DNA of 63,743 nucleotides from Bacteroidales bacterium (GTDB lineage: Bacteria; Bacteroidota; Bacteroidia; Bacteroidales; VadinHA17). The stretch spans positions 1 through 63,743 of the forward strand of contig JBBRVC010000002.1 in NCBI GenBank assembly GCA_038247205.1. The letters are read 5' to 3'. The notes beneath the pieces were generated by a model. That model saw nothing but the letters and a program-made list of their open reading frames with translations, was not told the origin of the DNA and made no database searches. Below are positions 60,390 through 63,743 of the stretch, piece by piece. The position numbers were made by a program, and so were the translations under genes. How positions within the stretch are numbered: the stretch's first letter is position 1; the number at the start of each line of letters is the position of its first letter.

Positions 60390-63170
60390 CTACTGATAGC
60401 AAACCAGTGCACCATCATTATAAACCATCAGCCCATTGTCTGTGCCGAGGTAGATGAGACCATTCTTATCTATCACTATACTCAAAATATTATCGCTGAT
60501 AAGTCCGTCTTTCATTGTATAAGAAATCCACTCCGTACCATCAAAAATTGATAGCCCTCCCTGTGTCCCAAACCAGACTTTTCCTTCAGGGTCAGTAGCG
60601 ATTGCCTGAACAAAGTTATTTATCAAACCGTTCTCAGTGTTATATATTGTCCAGTTTTCCAGAGTGTTAAACCCTTTATGTTTACCAACACCCATGTCTG
60701 TTCCGAACCATTGTATTGAGTCATGGTCAATGCAGATGCTATAAACATTATCGGAAGGTAGTTCGATAGGACCCCATTGTGCATAGGAAGAAGCACCTGA
60801 AATTCCATCTACTTTATCTTTGAAAACTCTGGTTATACCGGCTCCCTTTGTTGCAACATAAAGAGAATCTCCATTAAGGCTTGTAGCCATGGCTGTTACA
60901 GGGAAATCCTTGAACATGTCAAGCGGATAAGTTCTCATATATGCCGGAGTAAGCCATTTTTTATCAGAAAGTGCTGATATTCCGTTATTTGTACCGAACC
61001 AGCGTAAATTATTTCTTCCAATTACAACTGAAAGCACACTGTCGCTTAATATGGCAGATCCGGCTTTATTGAATGTGGCAGTTGCTGAGCCTGGTTCAAT
61101 CGGAAGTGAAGCGGTAACAGCTCCCTGTCCGGTGGCAATCCATAATCCCGGTCCTTCTTTTGATAGTTCATATACGAGGTCATTAAGCTGGCCACCGGGT
61201 ATGTTTTCAGAAACCAGCGCAAATCTGCTGTTGACAATTCCGGCATCGGTTAAGAACCATTTTCCATTATTGTCGTCAACTACTGCGGCATAAAACTTCT
61301 TTCCCTTCAATGCATCGATCAAAGGTCGTTTAGTTACTGATTTGAAAGTACCACTTTTATTCTCAGTGGTTACCGCTGCAGATGCTGGAGGTCTGACGTC
61401 AGCCGGAGGTAATACTACTGTTGCGGGAACAACATCCTTACCTGATTTTACTTTTTTTGCTTTAGCTGGCTTTATTTTGGAAGGTATCGTAATAAGTTCG
61501 ATGCCGGTATTTTTGCCAAGATTTCGTGAATACTGTTTATTATCAGGATTGTTCCAATGCTCATGAATTCCAAGGCTGGTTAAAGGTTTTCCGCTATTAT
61601 CAGGGTCATATGTTATGCCAATCGGCCAGTTGGCAGGATCGGCAGCCTGATGCAGATAATCATCCACTCCGTTTACATTTGGCATAGTTTCAATCCTTGC
61701 ATTACGGGGGTCATGAGTGTATGTGCCATTCCATTCCGTTCTGAGGAAATCATAACATACTGATTCAAGGGCAACCTGATCCTGCGAAATGAAGATTGAA
61801 TTGCTCCAGTCATTATTAAATGGTGACATGAAATACTTAACGGGTTGTCCTCCTTCAGAAGCGCCGCCACCGAATAAGCCGTCAACTACAAATAGTAAAG
61901 TATTCTGACCCAGATACTTGCTCCCCATAAGGTCTACAAAAACACGATACTTGCGATATCCGCCGTTTGTAGGTTTTGCTTCTGCAACAGGTGAAACATG
62001 TGAATAATGAAGATGATATGCACCTGCTCTTGAATGAGATCCGAAATGATTCTTTGCAGTGAGAGTTATCCCTGACCTGAGGTGAGGTTTAAAATTTGCT
62101 ACATTGATCATGTAATCAGCATTCTCGATAACATCGTAGAATCTGTCAGTCTGTGATTTATCAGAATAAAAAATAAGTTCATTGACTGTAGGTTTGATCA
62201 GGGTTCTTCCGTGTTGCGTTGTTACATTATCGATGATACCTACATTTGGGAATTCTGCTCTCCATACATCGGAATTATGACCAAAAACATGGTTCTGAGG
62301 GTCACCTATAGAAATATCTTCCTGTGCAACTCCTGCCTCATTTATTAGTTGCCTTAATATCTCAAGCACTACTGAAGGGCCAGTCTGGCAAGTACCAAAG
62401 GTTGGATTCGCAGATGGACGAAGGTTAAACCCATTAGCCATATCATCCTTGCTGAGGGCACCTCTTGCGCTTGTCTGATTTATCTTGATAAATATTTTTT
62501 CTCCTTTTGTATATCCTTTATCGACATTTTTTTTCTTCAGATTAAAGCTGTGAAAGATAGCGTCCCATGATTCAGCAGCATTTTTTTTCCCTGATAGTTT
62601 CAGAACAGATTCGCTCACCATTTTACTAACAACCTTATGATCTGTATTTCCGGGATTATAAAAATAGCCCTCCATGTTTTCATTAGTTGCATTTTTGTCC
62701 CATGCCCATATTACCCTGCCGGGATTTATTCCAACCGGTGTCCCAATGGGTTGATTAGGTCCGTCGTCAGGCCCGGTGGAGGCTTTAGCAAGTGCTGAAG
62801 CATTCTGACTGCCCTGAATGATTGAAAATACCATACCTCCTGCAGCAGCAAAAATGAAAGCTCCGGCGGCAATGTATTTAGCACGTAACAAATTTAGTTT
62901 GGCCTTCCGGAGAGCGACCATAATTCCTCCAAGAGTGAGAATATATAAAACAAACCCCGACATAAATGGAGCAGCAACTCTCATGCATGGATAACTTGCT
63001 CTGGAAGGTTTTGGGATGACCCTGACAAGGAACCAGATGGTTGATATTATTCCCAGGAGATAAAATGTCAGTCTTGGAGGAAGATGTTTTTCACTCATCC
63101 AGTTTCGTATAGCTCCTAATTTCCCTTTGAGTTTAAGTACATCAAATTTATCTATTTTCAACATTTTCAA
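60390..63170 (-). CDS. membrane-anchored DUF362-domain protein fused to a two-component-regulator-type beta-propeller
   Basis: N-terminal TM helices with KPSRASYPCMRVAAP. DUF362-like core (IFIKINQ..., NFKPHLRSGITLTAKNHFGS). A Pro/Ala linker, then six or more repeats of the WFGT/ATxxG type (LWIATGQGAV, LRWFGTNNGI, LYVATKGAGI, IQWFGTDMGV, KVWFGTQGGL, LIYLGTDNGL). Confidence 0.6.
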   Translation of the reverse strand: MKMLKIDKFDVLKLKGKLGAIRNWMSEKHLPPRLTFYLLGIISTIWFLVRVIPKPSRASYPCMRVAAPFMSGFVLYILTLGGIMVALRKAKLNLLRAKYIAAGAFIFAAAGGMVFSIIQGSQNASALAKASTGPDDGPNQPIGTPVGINPGRVIWAWDKNATNENMEGYFYNPGNTDHKVVSKMVSESVLKLSGKKNAAESWDAIFHSFNLKKKNVDKGYTKGEKIFIKINQTSARGALSKDDMANGFNLRPSANPTFGTCQTGPSVVLEILRQLINEAGVAQEDISIGDPQNHVFGHNSDVWRAEFPNVGIIDNVTTQHGRTLIKPTVNELIFYSDKSQTDRFYDVIENADYMINVANFKPHLRSGITLTAKNHFGSHSRAGAYHLHYSHVSPVAEAKPTNGGYRKYRVFVDLMGSKYLGQNTLLFVVDGLFGGGASEGGQPVKYFMSPFNNDWSNSIFISQDQVALESVCYDFLRTEWNGTYTHDPRNARIETMPNVNGVDDYLHQAADPANWPIGITYDPDNSGKPLTSLGIHEHWNNPDNKQYSRNLGKNTGIELITIPSKIKPAKAKKVKSGKDVVPATVVLPPADVRPPASAAVTTENKSGTFKSVTKRPLIDALKGKKFYAAVVDDNNGKWFLTDAGIVNSRFALVSENIPGGQLNDLVYELSKEGPGLWIATGQGAVTASLPIEPGSATATFNKAGSAILSDSVLSVVIGRNNLRWFGTNNGISALSDKKWLTPAYMRTYPLDMFKDFPVTAMATSLNGDSLYVATKGAGITRVFKDKVDGISGASSYAQWGPIELPSDNVYSICIDHDSIQWFGTDMGVGKHKGFNTLENWTIYNTENGLINNFVQAIATDPEGKVWFGTQGGLSIFDGTEWISYTMKDGLISDNILSIVIDKNGLIYLGTDNGLMVYNDGALVCYQ

Positions 63171-63238
63171 TCTTTATTAATTCAGTGTTTGTAATAAGTT
63201 TATTTTTTGTAACAATTACATTCATTATTATTGGCTAA

Positions 63239-63743
63239 TTATTTCAGCTCCACAAATGTGAAATATTGCTTAAGGAAATAGTCCGGAAATGCCATATTTC
63301 CAATATTTGCCCGCCTTATAGTCAACTCGGTTCCATTTTTATCGTTATACCTGTAGCCATGTGTATCAAAAACGATAGGTTCACCTTTATAGCTTCCAAG
63401 GTACAACTGGCTGTGACCACTGCTGCAAGTCTGAATAGTTGTGAACGGTTCATTTGCCAGTATTGCTTTGTACTGAGCTTCTTTTCCTTCTTTCGGATAA
63501 ATAAATGTTGGATTTGAATTATAAGCAGAGATCATACCACCCATGGCCGGTAATTTAAATCCAAAAACAGCAAAAATATCTCTGAGCTGTGTGGCATGAT
63601 CTCTTCCAAAAAAGCCCCCCGTCCAGTCGTAGAGATTATCCTGAAGCTTAAATACCTGATTAATAATGTTTTTGCGGGTATAAGGCAGATATCCTTTACT
63701 TACATCTGCATCTGCAGCAAGCCATGCTTCCTGGATTAAAAGC
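63239..63743 (-). CDS. NlpC/P60-like protein, C-terminal part (5' end outside window)
   Basis: The frame is open to the window edge. Manual translation reads ...LYDWTGGFFGRDHATQLRDIFAVFGFKLPAMGGMISAY..., then SSGHSQLYLGSYKGEPIVFDTHGY. The layout resembles the P60 Y.WGG..(DCSG)..F...G..LP / GH..iY.G....H pattern. Confidence 0.35.
   Translation of the reverse strand, partial: LLIQEAWLAADADVSKGYLPYTRKNIINQVFKLQDNLYDWTGGFFGRDHATQLRDIFAVFGFKLPAMGGMISAYNSNPTFIYPKEGKEAQYKAILANEPFTTIQTCSSGHSQLYLGSYKGEPIVFDTHGYRYNDKNGTELTIRRANIGNMAFPDYFLKQYFTFVELK

Noticed and set aside
1-63743. Search for CRISPR arrays, tRNA/rRNA genes, IS elements, integrases, toxin-antitoxin pairs or known defence-system genes.
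   Set aside because: No array of short direct repeats, no cloverleaf-like or rRNA-like segment in any intergenic gap, and no transposase-, recombinase- or nuclease-like ORF was seen. All intergenic gaps except 51668-52059 are about 200 bp or less.

Overview
The window looks like a contiguous chromosomal segment from a Bacteroidota-type genome. The phylum call rests on the content: a T9SS type-B C-terminal sorting domain, a SusD remnant, rseC-rnfBCDGEA, exbB-exbD-tonB, tamB and a SurA/PpiD triplet next to guaB. About 80% is ordinary housekeeping, including citrate lyase, pepD, purA, relA/spoT, an M16 peptidase pair, ClC, glyA, tsaD, Rnf, recG, guaB and recQ. I saw no rRNA, tRNA, CRISPR array, transposase or integrase.

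The one clearly accessory stretch is 51.7-60.4 kb. It starts with a 390-bp non-coding spacer after recQ. A tightly packed seven-gene plus-strand operon follows (52060-59584). Its genes are an HMA-AraC regulator, a PqqD-like small protein, an ATP-grasp ligase, a fold-III PLP decarboxylase, a urea-transporter-like channel fused to an M23 metallopeptidase, an outer-membrane beta-barrel and a secreted TPR protein. The stretch ends with a small secreted ORF and a 5'-truncated SusD remnant that begins right after a terminator.

I cannot map this gene combination to any characterised pathway. I propose it as the candidate novel system: synthesis of a modified peptide or small molecule on a carrier or scaffold, followed by release and export across the envelope.

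Secondary oddities:
- An in-frame TAG removes the metal-ligand N-terminus of methylmalonyl-CoA epimerase.
- tsaD has no canonical start codon.
- citD and citE are fused.
- A rubredoxin gene is missing from the ORF track.
- One large protein fuses DUF362 to a sensor-type beta-propeller.

All functional calls come from motif recognition by eye. No database search was run.
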